From an uncultured archaeon (GTDB taxonomy: Archaea; Iainarchaeota; Iainarchaeia; Iainarchaeales; GCA-2688035): 64,000 nucleotides of DNA. The translations under genes and the position numbers were made by a program. Where the stretch lies: NCBI GenBank assembly GCA_964354805.1, contig CAYHBD010000009.1, positions 32,001 to 96,000 on the forward strand, in the 5' to 3' direction. Positions 1 to 9,692 of the stretch are shown here, piece by piece; position 1 is the first letter of the stretch; every line of letters begins with the position of its first letter. The notes beneath the pieces were generated by a model. It was not told the origin of the DNA. It worked only from the letters and a program-made list of their open reading frames with translations, and did no database searches.

Positions 1-1
1 A

Positions 2-688
2 AGGTCTGCTTTTGGGTTTGTTTGGCCGATTATCGGCAGCATTGTTGGATTGATTTGTTTTGCAATTGCAATTTGGGCGCTGAACTATATCGGGGCCAAC
101 TCTGGCTTTGAATTTTTGACTAAAATAGCTGCTTTTTTTCTTTCAAACCTCGGTCTGTTTTTCATTCTGTTCCTGTTCTTCTCTTACATGGATTTCTTTT
201 CAAAAACAAAAAGAAGGGCATTCAGGCCCTTTTCCCCGATTGTAACAGCTGCGGGAATTGCCGTAGCAGTATGGGTGATTGCGAACGCTGCAATAATCGC
301 AGCCCCATCGCTTGGAATTGGTTTCATTGCTGGCATTGCAGCATATACTTTGGAAAAAATTTTGTGGTTTTTCATTTTCTTCGCATTGGTCGGTTATTTG
401 GTTTTCCTGCTCTCAAGGGGCAGCGAGGAAGCAACAGTTAGGGAGGTGTCTCAAATGAAAAAAGCTTTCGCAAAAAAAGAAACAGAAGGCGTAAAGCACT
501 TGTACAGGTCAGGCAAAGAAAAAATTCTCGGCGGGGTATGCGGTGGCGTAGCGGAATACCTCAAAGTTGACCCAGTGATAATAAGACTGCTCTGGGTTGC
601 AGGAGTACTGGCATGGGGCTTCGGAGTCCTGCTGTACATAATAATGTGGATAATCGTCCCAAGGAATCCAGCGCACGCATGGGGTTAA
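2..688 (+). CDS. Multi-pass membrane protein with C-terminal PspC domain (5' truncated by window edge)
   Basis: Frame is open from the window start; several hydrophobic segments; C-terminal LYRSGKEKILGGVCGGVAEYLKVDPVIIRLLW...YIIMWIIVP is the PspC signature. Confidence 0.8.
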   Translation, partial: RSAFGFVWPIIGSIVGLICFAIAIWALNYIGANSGFEFLTKIAAFFLSNLGLFFILFLFFSYMDFFSKTKRRAFRPFSPIVTAAGIAVAVWVIANAAIIAAPSLGIGFIAGIAAYTLEKILWFFIFFALVGYLVFLLSRGSEEATVREVSQMKKAFAKKETEGVKHLYRSGKEKILGGVCGGVAEYLKVDPVIIRLLWVAGVLAWGFGVLLYIIMWIIVPRNPAHAWG

Positions 689-728
689 AAAAATTCAGCA
701 GCCGGAAATTTGCAATCATTGAGTTCAT

Positions 729-1379
729 TTACAGCAGCGGTTGGATGAATTGCATGAACTGCTTTTTTGTTGCCTTCAGTTCCTTTTCTCCCTCAAACAA
801 AAAGAGGGCATTGCCAGGCAGCGCTTTCCACTGGCTGAGGAAACCGTTTTTTTCAACAGCGTTGAAGTAGGCGTTCACTTTTTTTCTCTGCTTTTCATTC
901 AGCGAGCCTGTTGCTTGCTCGAATTCTTTTTCCTGCAGCGCAGCGCAGAACGGATACAATTCGCGCAGCGGTTTTTCGCTCAGTGAAATGAAAGGGAAAA
1001 GCCTGCAGATTGCAGGCAGAAAGCCGTGAATTGTGCAGCGCCCGCCTTTCAGAAAAACGCATTCACCTTTTGCATTTCTTTTCAACGCAATGCAGGGCAG
1101 AACAAGAAAAAAAGATGGAAGAGCGCCAAAATTTTTTTCAAAAAACAAAACAGCTTTTTTCGGCAGCATTTGGCTGCTTACTGTTAGCCTGTCTTTTTTT
1201 TCTTTTCTCGCATACAAGTGCGCAACCAAAGCGCATTTTTGTTTGATGAACTGCGCTTCACCCAAACCGAGCTTTGCTGCAATGGCTTTTGCTTCAGCAG
1301 GCAGCACTGTTATCCAGTATCTTTTGCAGCACTCGCTGCATTTTGTTTCAATGCAATGCATGCGCATGGTAAAAAGCAT
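729..1379 (-). CDS. YkgJ-family CxxCC Fe-S/zinc cysteine-cluster protein
   Basis: C-x4-CSECC near the N-terminus, CVFL..GRCTIH...P.ICRLFPF, CP-like CAAL; start uncertain (1379/1367/1361). Confidence 0.8.
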   Translation of the reverse strand: MLFTMRMHCIETKCSECCKRYWITVLPAEAKAIAAKLGLGEAQFIKQKCALVAHLYARKEKKDRLTVSSQMLPKKAVLFFEKNFGALPSFFLVLPCIALKRNAKGECVFLKGGRCTIHGFLPAICRLFPFISLSEKPLRELYPFCAALQEKEFEQATGSLNEKQRKKVNAYFNAVEKNGFLSQWKALPGNALFLFEGEKELKATKKQFMQFIQPLL

Positions 1380-1675
1380 TGCATGCAAGTTGTTTTAAAA
1401 AATGCGTTGCTGAAAAAACGGCGAATTCAGGAAAAATTTTTGAAAAAAAGTTCGGGCGGCAAAAAATTGGCAAAAAAAGCGATAATTTCCTGCCAAGTAT
1501 ACATAAAAAGGCCTTTTTGTTTTTTTCTGTATGCTTTTTTAAATCTATTCAGGCTTTTTTTCCCAAAAAAAGATTTAAATTCTCTTTAGGGAACATAATA
1601 GTATTGATAATTTCAGTCTTTAAGTAAAAAAATGATTGAAATTGCCACCTTAAGACTAAGAGAGGTGAATTCATA

Positions 1676-1912
1676 ATGCCGAAAGCAAGAAAAAAGCAAC
1701 CAAAACGCAAAGCAAAGCCAGCTCGGAAGCCTGCAAAAAAGCCTGTTAAAAAAATTAAAGCCATTGAAGAGCAGGAAGAAGAAAAAGAGGAAGAGCAGGA
1801 AGAAGCAAGCGAAGAAGAGGAACCAGAGGAAAACAGTTTTGAAGAAGAGGAAAGCGAGGAATCAGAGCCAGAGGAAGAAGCAGCAGTGGAAGAAGCGGAA
1901 GAAGAATTTTGA
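1676..1912 (+). CDS. Small bipolar protein (Lys-rich N-half, Glu-rich C-half), function unknown
   Basis: Strong SD GAGGTGA before ATG; 78 aa; upstream of ftsZ. Confidence 0.7.
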   Translation: MPKARKKQPKRKAKPARKPAKKPVKKIKAIEEQEEEKEEEQEEASEEEEPEENSFEEEESEESEPEEEAAVEEAEEEF

Positions 1913-2078
1913 AGAAGAAACTGTATTCCGGGAAAAAAAACGAATAAGAATTTTGAAACGAAAAAAAACCAATTCGGTTGCGTTAAAAGATTTGCGCAGG
2001 AACAAGAGCAGACAAAATCTGCTTTGCCTCAGTTGCCTTTTTTGCCTTCAAGAAACTTTTGAAAAAAGTTTCATCAAA

Positions 2079-2116
2079 AAGCCTTTTTTCCTTTGGAAAA
2101 AAGCCTTGAGAAAAAA
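2079..2116 (+). repeat. REP-like hairpin family copy (AAGCC-TTTTTTCC-ttt-GGAAAAAA-GCCTT-gag-A run)
   Basis: Imperfect palindrome with C.C mismatch, matches other copies in the window; preceded by the related palindrome AAACTTTT-ga-AAAAAGTTT at 2053-2071. Confidence 0.7.
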
Positions 2117-2176
2117 TGCTTCGCAAGAGTGGCAATATGCCACAAAATATTTTTTAAAAAAAAAGGGGTGAATTGA

Positions 2177-3259
2177 ATGAAAAGTTTGGTTGGAAGCGCA
2201 ATGGGAAAAAAAACACCAAGCGCTGAAAAAGACAATGAAGAATTCGAGCAATTGAAGATAATGGTGATTGGAACAGGCGGAGGAGGCTGCAACACAATAA
2301 ACAGGCTTGCGAAAAAAGGAATAAGGGGAGCACAACTGTTTGCTGTCAACACAGACAAGCAGCACCTTGCAATAATTGATGACAGTGTATCAAAAATCCT
2401 GATTGGAGAAACAGTTACAAGAGGCCTGGGCGCCGGCGGTTACCCTGAAATCGGCCACAAGGCAGCTGAAGTCAGCAAATCAAAGCTTGAAGAAGCCCTG
2501 CAAAGAGTTGACATGCTTTTCTTGGCAGCAGGAATGGGCGGAGGCACTGGAACAGGCTCAGCACCGGTTATTGCAGAGATCGCAAAAGAGCAGGGAGCAA
2601 TAGTGATAAGCGTTGTAACTTACCCTTTCAATCTGGAGAGAGCAAGAATAGTGAAAGCGGAAGAAGGAATACAACAGTTGAGCAAAGTATCTGACACGGT
2701 TATAGTGATTGACAACAACAGGCTCGCGCAGCTTGTGCCGAACCTGCCGATTCAGGACGCGTTCAAGGTTGCCGATGAAGTGATTGCAGCTGCGGTAATT
2801 GGAATAACCGAAACAATAACACAGCCTTCTTTGATTAACCTGGATTTCGCTGATGTAAGGGCAATAATGTCAAACAAGGGCCTGAGCCTGATTGCAGTCG
2901 GGGAAAGCAAGGCAAATGACAAGGTCAATGCAGTTGTAGAGGACACATTGCACAACATGCTTTTGGATGTTGACATAAGCGGGGCAAAAGGCGCACTGAT
3001 TCACATAACAGGCGGGCCTGATTTAACGCTTGGAGAGGCAAATGCAATCGGAGAAAAGCTGACTGACAGGATTGACAGCAAAGCAACAGTCATTTGGGGC
3101 GCAAGGATTGACCCAACCTTTGAAAACAGGGTTGAGGTAATAGCAATCTTCACAGGGGTTTACTCGCCGTACATCACCGGAACAAAGAAAGAGGAACAAT
3201 TTGCAACGTCCTTTGCATCAAGGGGCAAAAAAAGCGAATTGGATTTAGGCTACGCTTAA
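2177..3259 (+). CDS. ftsZ: Cell division protein FtsZ
   Basis: GTGGGGCN, AVNTD, GMGGGTGTG tubulin signature, INLDFADV; SD GGGGTGA. Confidence 0.98.
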   Translation: MKSLVGSAMGKKTPSAEKDNEEFEQLKIMVIGTGGGGCNTINRLAKKGIRGAQLFAVNTDKQHLAIIDDSVSKILIGETVTRGLGAGGYPEIGHKAAEVSKSKLEEALQRVDMLFLAAGMGGGTGTGSAPVIAEIAKEQGAIVISVVTYPFNLERARIVKAEEGIQQLSKVSDTVIVIDNNRLAQLVPNLPIQDAFKVADEVIAAAVIGITETITQPSLINLDFADVRAIMSNKGLSLIAVGESKANDKVNAVVEDTLHNMLLDVDISGAKGALIHITGGPDLTLGEANAIGEKLTDRIDSKATVIWGARIDPTFENRVEVIAIFTGVYSPYITGTKKEEQFATSFASRGKKSELDLGYA

Positions 3260-3364
3260 ATTGAGCAAAAAAAAATTCGGCGGTTATGGCTATAACTTAA
3301 TGCCAAAAAGCAATTTCGTGCTATGCTGCACTTAAAACAAGAAAAGGGGGCAATAATTCACTCT

Positions 3365-4429
3365 TTAGCGCTCCCCTTTTCTCATTAATTCTTCTACTGC
3401 AAGCCTTCCGAAAAGGAAAGCTATTGTGCTCTCTGCCCCCTGGTTCAGGTTCGGGCCCTGCGCCGTCAACCCGTCAAAGCAAGCGCCAGTGCTTGAATCA
3501 AAAACAGCTTTTCCCAGAAGATTTTTTCCAAGGAACCAGTTGAATGCAATAAATGCATCTTCCGCATACTCCTGCTTTCCGGTTAAATTGAATGCTGTTA
3601 AGGCAGCGTCAGCCATGCTGCCTGCCTCAATAGGCTGCTGGTCAAACAACGCCTTCTGCCCGCCTCTCGGCAGCCAGCCACTCTGCCCAACAGGAACAAA
3701 CATGTCGCCTTCAATTGTTTTGCCCCTTAGGAAACTGTAGGTTTGCTCTGCTGCATGCAAAAAACGCTCATCCTTGGTTGAATCAAAAGCCAAAAAAAGC
3801 GCTTCAGGCATTATTGCATTGTTGTAAGTTAAAATCTCTTCAAACCATTGCCATTCGGCTGAACTGTTTTGCTCAAGCATTGAAAGCAATTTATTTCCAA
3901 GCACGTTTATTTTTTCAGGCAAATCAAGCTGTTCAGGCTTTGCCTTGAAATAATGGTGTATTCCCATCAGTGCCAGGGCAACCGGCCTGCAATCCTCCAA
4001 TGCCGAAATGTTTGGCATTGCATCGTCTATCATTTTTTTTGCAAGCGCCTTTAGGTTTTCATTCAATCCGCTGTTCACTGCAAATCCTGCCGCCCACAAT
4101 GCCCTGCCAAGGCAGTCCCAGCTGGTCTGCTCTTCTGTGAAGCGCTTGTCGAATGAAACAAAATTGTGAAACAAGCCGTTTTCTGTTTGGGTGTAGTGCA
4201 TAAAAGAGAGGTATGTTCTTGCAAGCTGCTCCGCTTCCACAGCGCTTTCAGGAAACAGGCGCTGGAAGCGCAGCACCGCAATCAATGCCCTTGCATTGTC
4301 ATCTGTTGTATATCCTTCTTTGAAGCAGGGCACGGCGTGCGTTGAGTGCTGCAGCATTCCTGTGTGGTCGCTCATTGCCTTCAAGCGCAGCAAATCAACT
4401 GCTGGCAGTTTTTTGTTGAACCTGAACAT
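3365..4429 (-). CDS. Glycosyltransferase-associated six-hairpin (alpha/alpha) glycosidase-like protein
   Basis: GMLQH..GYTTDDNARAL, WFEEILTYNNA, FDQQPIE, GACFDGL..N.NQGAEST motifs, as in the C-terminal domain of GT4 fusion proteins. Confidence 0.75.
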   Translation of the reverse strand: MFRFNKKLPAVDLLRLKAMSDHTGMLQHSTHAVPCFKEGYTTDDNARALIAVLRFQRLFPESAVEAEQLARTYLSFMHYTQTENGLFHNFVSFDKRFTEEQTSWDCLGRALWAAGFAVNSGLNENLKALAKKMIDDAMPNISALEDCRPVALALMGIHHYFKAKPEQLDLPEKINVLGNKLLSMLEQNSSAEWQWFEEILTYNNAIMPEALFLAFDSTKDERFLHAAEQTYSFLRGKTIEGDMFVPVGQSGWLPRGGQKALFDQQPIEAGSMADAALTAFNLTGKQEYAEDAFIAFNWFLGKNLLGKAVFDSSTGACFDGLTAQGPNLNQGAESTIAFLFGRLAVEELMRKGER

Positions 4430-4594
4430 ATTGAATCAGATACAGAACAGTTGTACTTTAAAGCATTTAAATTTTTCCCACACCAAGATTTCCCTGAAAT
4501 GAGCTAGGTTGTTTTAATTCAATTAAAATTTCATTCTATAATTTTATATTCTCTTTTATTTATTAATCAATTAAAAAATTAGTAAGTGAACTTT

Positions 4595-5179
4595 ATGAAA
4601 AAAGGGGAGCATGAAACTTACAACCTCATTAGCTTCATTCAAACCGCAGGCAAACTGAAAGAGGTTAAAAGGCAGGGCTGGATTGAGAGAGGCGTGCAGC
4701 AGCCGGAAAGCGTTGCAGAGCATTCTTTTATGCTTGCGCTGATGGCAATGTTGTTCGCTGAAGGGGAAAAGCTTAATGTATGCAAGGCAGTGAAAATGGC
4801 TTTAGTCCATGATTTGCCTGAAGCAATATGCGGGGACATTGCCTCAAGGGGGAAAGAGGAACAGCAGCAGTGCAGCAACAGGGAAAAGCATGAAAGGGAA
4901 GAGAAAGCGCTGAAAGAAATTCTGCGCAGCCTGGATTCAAAAACAGCAAAAAAAATTTTATCCTTATGGCACGAATTTGAGCAGCGCAAAAGCAGGGAGG
5001 CAAAGCTCGTATATGAACTGGACAGGCTTGAGGCAATCTTCCAGGCGATTGAATACGAGTGCAAAGGAAATTTCACAGTAAGCCTGCAGGAGTTCTTTGA
5101 TTACGCTGACGCAAGACTGCGGAACAAGAGATTGCGCAAAATGTTTCTGCTGCTGATGCAGCAACGGGGCAGAAAATAA
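4595..5179 (+). CDS. HD-domain 5'-deoxynucleotidase-like hydrolase (YfbR/HDDC2 family)
   Basis: LK.VKRQGW, ESVAEHSF, ALVHDLPEA..GD, DRLEA. Confidence 0.9.
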   Translation: MKKGEHETYNLISFIQTAGKLKEVKRQGWIERGVQQPESVAEHSFMLALMAMLFAEGEKLNVCKAVKMALVHDLPEAICGDIASRGKEEQQQCSNREKHEREEKALKEILRSLDSKTAKKILSLWHEFEQRKSREAKLVYELDRLEAIFQAIEYECKGNFTVSLQEFFDYADARLRNKRLRKMFLLLMQQRGRK

Positions 5180-5241
5180 TGGGGCAAGGCGCAAGGTTTT
5201 TATTCTTTTAAGCAATTTATGTTTGCATTTGGCGGTTTTGT

Positions 5242-5475
5242 ATGCCTAAGAAAAAGAAGCCTGCTGGAAAAAAACCTGGTGTGGATAAAAAGAAAGCAGC
5301 TGCGATGGGAAAGAAAGCAGCCGGCGGAAAGGGAAAGAAGCTGGAGCAGGTGAAAAAGAAGGCAGGCAGTGCAGGGGCAGTGAAGCGCAGGCTGCTAACC
5401 CCCCAGGAGATTATTGATTATTACAGGCTACACCACCAGCTGCCGCCTGAATTGCAGAGAAGGGTCGGAAAATAA
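5242..5475 (+). CDS. Small Lys-rich hypothetical protein
   Basis: 77 aa ORF MPKKKK...RRVGK with an AT-rich promoter-like region upstream. Confidence 0.6.
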   Translation: MPKKKKPAGKKPGVDKKKAAAMGKKAAGGKGKKLEQVKKKAGSAGAVKRRLLTPQEIIDYYRLHHQLPPELQRRVGK

Positions 5476-5752
5476 AAAGGCTGGAAGCACTCAAAGAATG
5501 CATGCTTGGGCACTTGTTCCCTGAACCGCAGAGAATGGTCTGAAAATAGCTGTTTTTTGGTTTTAGGGGCAGATTTTTATTTGTTTCTATTGTTAAGTTA
5601 GTAAGTTCGCAATCGTTTATATAGCGATTTTTCTATTTGAGCGTGAAATAATTGTTTGAAATTGATGCCTTGCCATAGTCAGGTATTTGCTTTGGCTCAG
5701 CTGGCAGCGTGCTCAAGCCGGAAAAATTGCTGAATGCGCTGGGGGAATCAGC

Positions 5753-5983
5753 TTGGTATTCGGCGTTGGTGACCATTTTCTTGTTCCAAAGCATGTATTG
5801 CTTTCAGCACAGCAGGCTGCTGAACTGATGAAAAAGTATGGCTTGAACCCTAATCAAATGCCAAAAATTCTGCGAACGGATTCTGCAATAATTGATATGC
5901 TGCCGAAAAAAGGCGACATAGTGAAAATTGTCAGGGACAGCCCAACAGCCGGAAAAACAATTTACTACAGAAGGGTAGTGTAA
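5753..5983 (+). CDS. rpoH: RNA polymerase subunit H (Rpo5)
   Basis: HFLVPKH, PKILRTD, GDIVKIVRDSPTAGK.IYYRRVV; TTG start after GGGGG SD. Confidence 0.95.
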   Translation: MVFGVGDHFLVPKHVLLSAQQAAELMKKYGLNPNQMPKILRTDSAIIDMLPKKGDIVKIVRDSPTAGKTIYYRRVV

Positions 5984-6147
5984 ACTGGCGGAGAAAAAAA
6001 ACTGAAACTGGAACAAAAATAAAAAAAGGCGAAGGAAAAACCGCAATGAAAAATTGAATGAATTAAAAAGAAATTTTTGAAAAAAAAACTGTGAATGGAA
6101 AAAAAAATGAAAAGAAAAAAATTGTTTAATTTTTAGGGGCAATTAAC

Positions 6148-7614
6148 ATGAGAAACTGGGAACTGATCGAGGCTTATTTCAGGAACAAGAACTTTGCCCA
6201 GATGGAGATTGACTCATTCAACCAGTTTGTTGAGAAAAAGCTGCCTGAAATAATTGACGAGAACAGTGAAATTGTCCCAAAAATTGAGGAAGTAAGGATT
6301 GAAATAAGCGACATCGAGGTTCTAAGGCCGAGGATTGTTGAAGCAGACGGAAGCCCGAGGGCAAACTTTTTTCCAATGGAGGCAAGAATCAGGAACAGGA
6401 CATACAGCAGCCCGCTTTACCTCACAATGAGGCTGCTGAGAAGGGAAGTCGAGCAGGATGTGAGAAGGGCATACATTGGAGAATTGCCGATAATGCTTAA
6501 ATCAAATTTGTGCTGGCTGAACGGAAAAAACGAGGCCGAACTGATTGAAATGGGGGAAGACCCAAAGGACACAGGCGGATACTTTATTATCAACGGAAGC
6601 GAAAAGGCATTGATGACACAGGAAGTGCTTGCATCAGACAGGGTAATGATTAGCGATCGGACAAAAGGCGTTGCAGCTGAAGTGATTTCAACAAAGGGCG
6701 CATTCAAAGGCAGGGTAATGGTAATGAGAAAGCCGGACGGAACCCTGAGTGTGACTTTCCCTGCTTCCCCGAGAAAGCTAAAATTGTTTGTTTTACTGAA
6801 AGCGCTTGGATTGAAGACAGTGAGGGAAATAAAAGAGGCTTTTCCGGAAGAGAAAGAAATAGAGAACGACATTCTTGTAAACTGGGAGAACTGCCTGGTT
6901 AAAACAGAGGAAGAGGCATTGGATAAAATCGGAAAATTTGTTGCGCCAGGGCAGGTAATTGACTACAGGCTGAGGAGAGCCCAGGAAGTCATTGACGCTT
7001 TCCTGCTGCCCCACATTGGGCAGAAAAAAGAAGACAGGCTTGCAAAGGCATACTATTTGGCAATGATGGCCACAAAGGCGATTGAAAGAGCATATGGATT
7101 GAGAGGCGAGGACGACAAGGACCATTACGCAAACAAGCGGCTGGAGTTATCCGGCAAATTAATGGAGCACCTGTTCAGGTACAGCTTCAAGTATTTCATA
7201 AAGGATTTGCGTTTCCAGATTGACAGGACTGTTACAAGAAGAAGAAAGCTGAACATCAGCACAATTGTGAGGCCGGGCGCTGTAACCGAAAGAATCAGGT
7301 TTGCAATGAGCACAGGCAACTGGATTGGCAGGGCAACAGGCGTGAGCAAATTCATGGACAGGGTGAATTTCCTGAGCCCACTGACTGATTTAAGGAAAGT
7401 GAAGAGCCCCCTGAACAAGAACAGGGAGCTGTATGAAGCAAGGGATGTCCACGGAACACACTGGGGAAGGCTAGATCCAATAGAAACACCAGATGGTCCA
7501 CAATGTGGTTTGGTGAAAAACCTGTGCCTGATGGCTGAAGTGACAACAGAAACAGACGAGGTCCCGGTTGAAGAGCTGCTGTACAAAAAAGGGGTGAAGC
7601 TGAGGAAACTGTGA
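6148..7614 (+). CDS. rpoB2: RNA polymerase subunit B'' (Rpo2N)
   Basis: GGYFIINGSE, DDKDHYANKRL, ETPDGPQCGLVKNL. Confidence 0.97.
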   Translation: MRNWELIEAYFRNKNFAQMEIDSFNQFVEKKLPEIIDENSEIVPKIEEVRIEISDIEVLRPRIVEADGSPRANFFPMEARIRNRTYSSPLYLTMRLLRREVEQDVRRAYIGELPIMLKSNLCWLNGKNEAELIEMGEDPKDTGGYFIINGSEKALMTQEVLASDRVMISDRTKGVAAEVISTKGAFKGRVMVMRKPDGTLSVTFPASPRKLKLFVLLKALGLKTVREIKEAFPEEKEIENDILVNWENCLVKTEEEALDKIGKFVAPGQVIDYRLRRAQEVIDAFLLPHIGQKKEDRLAKAYYLAMMATKAIERAYGLRGEDDKDHYANKRLELSGKLMEHLFRYSFKYFIKDLRFQIDRTVTRRRKLNISTIVRPGAVTERIRFAMSTGNWIGRATGVSKFMDRVNFLSPLTDLRKVKSPLNKNRELYEARDVHGTHWGRLDPIETPDGPQCGLVKNLCLMAEVTTETDEVPVEELLYKKGVKLRKL

Positions 7615-7791
7615 ACCGGGAAATTGCGAAAAATGGAATTTTATTGTTTTATTTGAATTTAAAAAAAACGAATGAAAAAAATGAAACAACCAAAAAATAA
7701 AAAAAATGAAATTTTTTTTTAAAAAAAAAGGAAATGCAAAAAAAGAAATTGAAAAGAAAAAAATGTATAAAAAATTTTGACGTGGTTTTGA

Positions 7792-9615
7792 ATGCCTGCT
7801 GCAAAAAAACTGGCCAAGGTTTACATTAATGGAAGGCTGATCGGCTTCCATGAGGATGTGGAGAAGCTGACGGCCGACCTGATCAAGGCAAGGCGGACAA
7901 GCAAAATCAGCCATTTGGCGAACATCGCTTTCCACGCTGATACAAACGAGTTGTACATTAACACAGATGCAGGCAGGGTGCAGAGGCCACTTATTGTTGT
8001 TGAGAATGGGAAGCCTGCTGTAAGCGAAGAGGACCTTGGCATGGTGCGCTCGGGAAAAATGGCGTGGGATGATTTGGTGAAGCAGGGGAAGATTGAATAC
8101 CTTGATGCAGAGGAAGAGGAAAACGCTTTGATTGCATTGAGCGCAGAGGAATTGACAAAAGAACACACCCATTTGGAGATTAACCCTATTGTGATATTGA
8201 GCGTCATCAGTTCAATGATTCCATATCTGCCGCATGACATGGCTGGAAAGGCATTGCACGGCGCAAAAATGTTCAAGCAGGCTTTGGGCATAAGCGGAAT
8301 CAATTACAATCTGCGGAATGACACAGAGGGCTTCTTGCTTTATTATCCGCAGAAAAATCTGGTTAAGAGCAGGGTAATGGATCTGGTTGAAACAGACAAA
8401 AGGCCCCAGATCCAGAACCTGGTTGTTGCAATAATGCCCTACAGGGGCTTCAATATGCTTGACGCATTGATTTTGAACAAAGGCGCTGTTGAAAGGGGCA
8501 TTGGCAGAAGCGCTTACTTCAGGAATTACGAAGCAGCTGAAAACAGGTATCCTGGCGGCCAGATCGACAAGTTTGAACTGCCCAACGAGGAAACAGTCGG
8601 CTTTCTCGGAGAAGAGGCTTACAAAAAGCTGGGCGAAGACGGCATTGCTGTTGTTGAAGAAGAAGCAAAAGAGAAGGAAATAATCATAGGCAGGACATCA
8701 CCACCGCGCTTCCTTGAGGAAATAAGCGAATTCGGCGTTGTCAAAGAGAAAAGGAGGGAAAGCAGTGTCACTACAAGAAAAGGCAAGCCTGGCTTTGTTG
8801 ATGCAGTTGTTGTAACAGAGAACGAGGACGGAAACAAGATTGCAAAAGTAAAGGTCAGGAGCACAATGATACCTGAAGTGGGAGACAAGTTCAGCAGCAG
8901 GCACGGGCAGAAAGGCGTTATCGGCGCAATTGTGCAGGAAGCAGACATGCCTTTCACAGCAAACGGAATAAAACCAGACCTCATAATTAATCCGCACAGC
9001 ATCCCAAGCAGAATGACAGTAGGGCACCTGCTCGAAATGCTTGCAGGAAAAGCCGGCGCATTGAAAGCAGAGTGCATTGACGGAACCCCATTCAACAGCA
9101 CTGGCAGGGATGAACTGGAAAAATTGCTGCAAGAGCGTGGTTTCAGGAGCGACGGAAAAGAGGTTTTCTACGACGGCATAACAGGCGAAAGAATTACAGG
9201 AGAAGTTTTCACCGGAGTCATTGCTTACAGGAGGCTGTTCCACATGGTTGCCCACAAAATGCAGGCAAGAAGCAGGGGCCCAGTGCAAATCCTTACAAGG
9301 CAGCCGACTGAAGGAAAAGAGAAAGAGGGCGGACTGCGCTTTGGTGAAATGGAAGGCGAAACGCTTGTCGGGCACGGCGCTGCAATGCTGCTGCAGGAGA
9401 AATTCATCGAGGACAGCGATAAAGTAATTGAACTGGTTTGCGAGCATTGCGGAATTATTGCAATAAACGACCAGATAAGGAACAGGAAATACTGCCAGCT
9501 GTGCGGCAGCAGCAAGGTTTACCCTGTCGAAATGAGCTATGGCTTCAAGCTGCTGCTTGATGAACTGAAAGCGCTCGGCATTTACCCAAAGATAGTGATT
9601 GGAAACAAGGCATAA
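7792..9615 (+). CDS. rpoB1: RNA polymerase subunit B' (Rpo2C)
   Basis: GDKFSSRHGQKG, NPHSIPSRMT, RQPTEG..KEGGLRFGEME, C-terminal zinc ribbon. Confidence 0.97.
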   Translation: MPAAKKLAKVYINGRLIGFHEDVEKLTADLIKARRTSKISHLANIAFHADTNELYINTDAGRVQRPLIVVENGKPAVSEEDLGMVRSGKMAWDDLVKQGKIEYLDAEEEENALIALSAEELTKEHTHLEINPIVILSVISSMIPYLPHDMAGKALHGAKMFKQALGISGINYNLRNDTEGFLLYYPQKNLVKSRVMDLVETDKRPQIQNLVVAIMPYRGFNMLDALILNKGAVERGIGRSAYFRNYEAAENRYPGGQIDKFELPNEETVGFLGEEAYKKLGEDGIAVVEEEAKEKEIIIGRTSPPRFLEEISEFGVVKEKRRESSVTTRKGKPGFVDAVVVTENEDGNKIAKVKVRSTMIPEVGDKFSSRHGQKGVIGAIVQEADMPFTANGIKPDLIINPHSIPSRMTVGHLLEMLAGKAGALKAECIDGTPFNSTGRDELEKLLQERGFRSDGKEVFYDGITGERITGEVFTGVIAYRRLFHMVAHKMQARSRGPVQILTRQPTEGKEKEGGLRFGEMEGETLVGHGAAMLLQEKFIEDSDKVIELVCEHCGIIAINDQIRNRKYCQLCGSSKVYPVEMSYGFKLLLDELKALGIYPKIVIGNKA

Positions 9616-9692
9616 AAAAAATAGAATTGAATTAAATTTGGAGAACCGTGTTTGGTTTTGAAAGTCAAAAAAAGAAGTGATGCAAAGTGTTG

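Noticed and set aside
1764-2171. 135-aa Lys/Arg-rich ORF
   Set aside because: Alternate frame of the Glu-rich gene running into repeat-containing spacer; TTG start with no SD.
5478-5543. Short coding-looking stretch RLEALKECMLGHLFPEPQRMV*
   Set aside because: May be a relic 3' end of a lost gene, but it has no start and no recognisable family.
5690-5722. tRNA D-arm-like GGCTCAGCTGGCAG
   Set aside because: No T-arm or acceptor stem follows.
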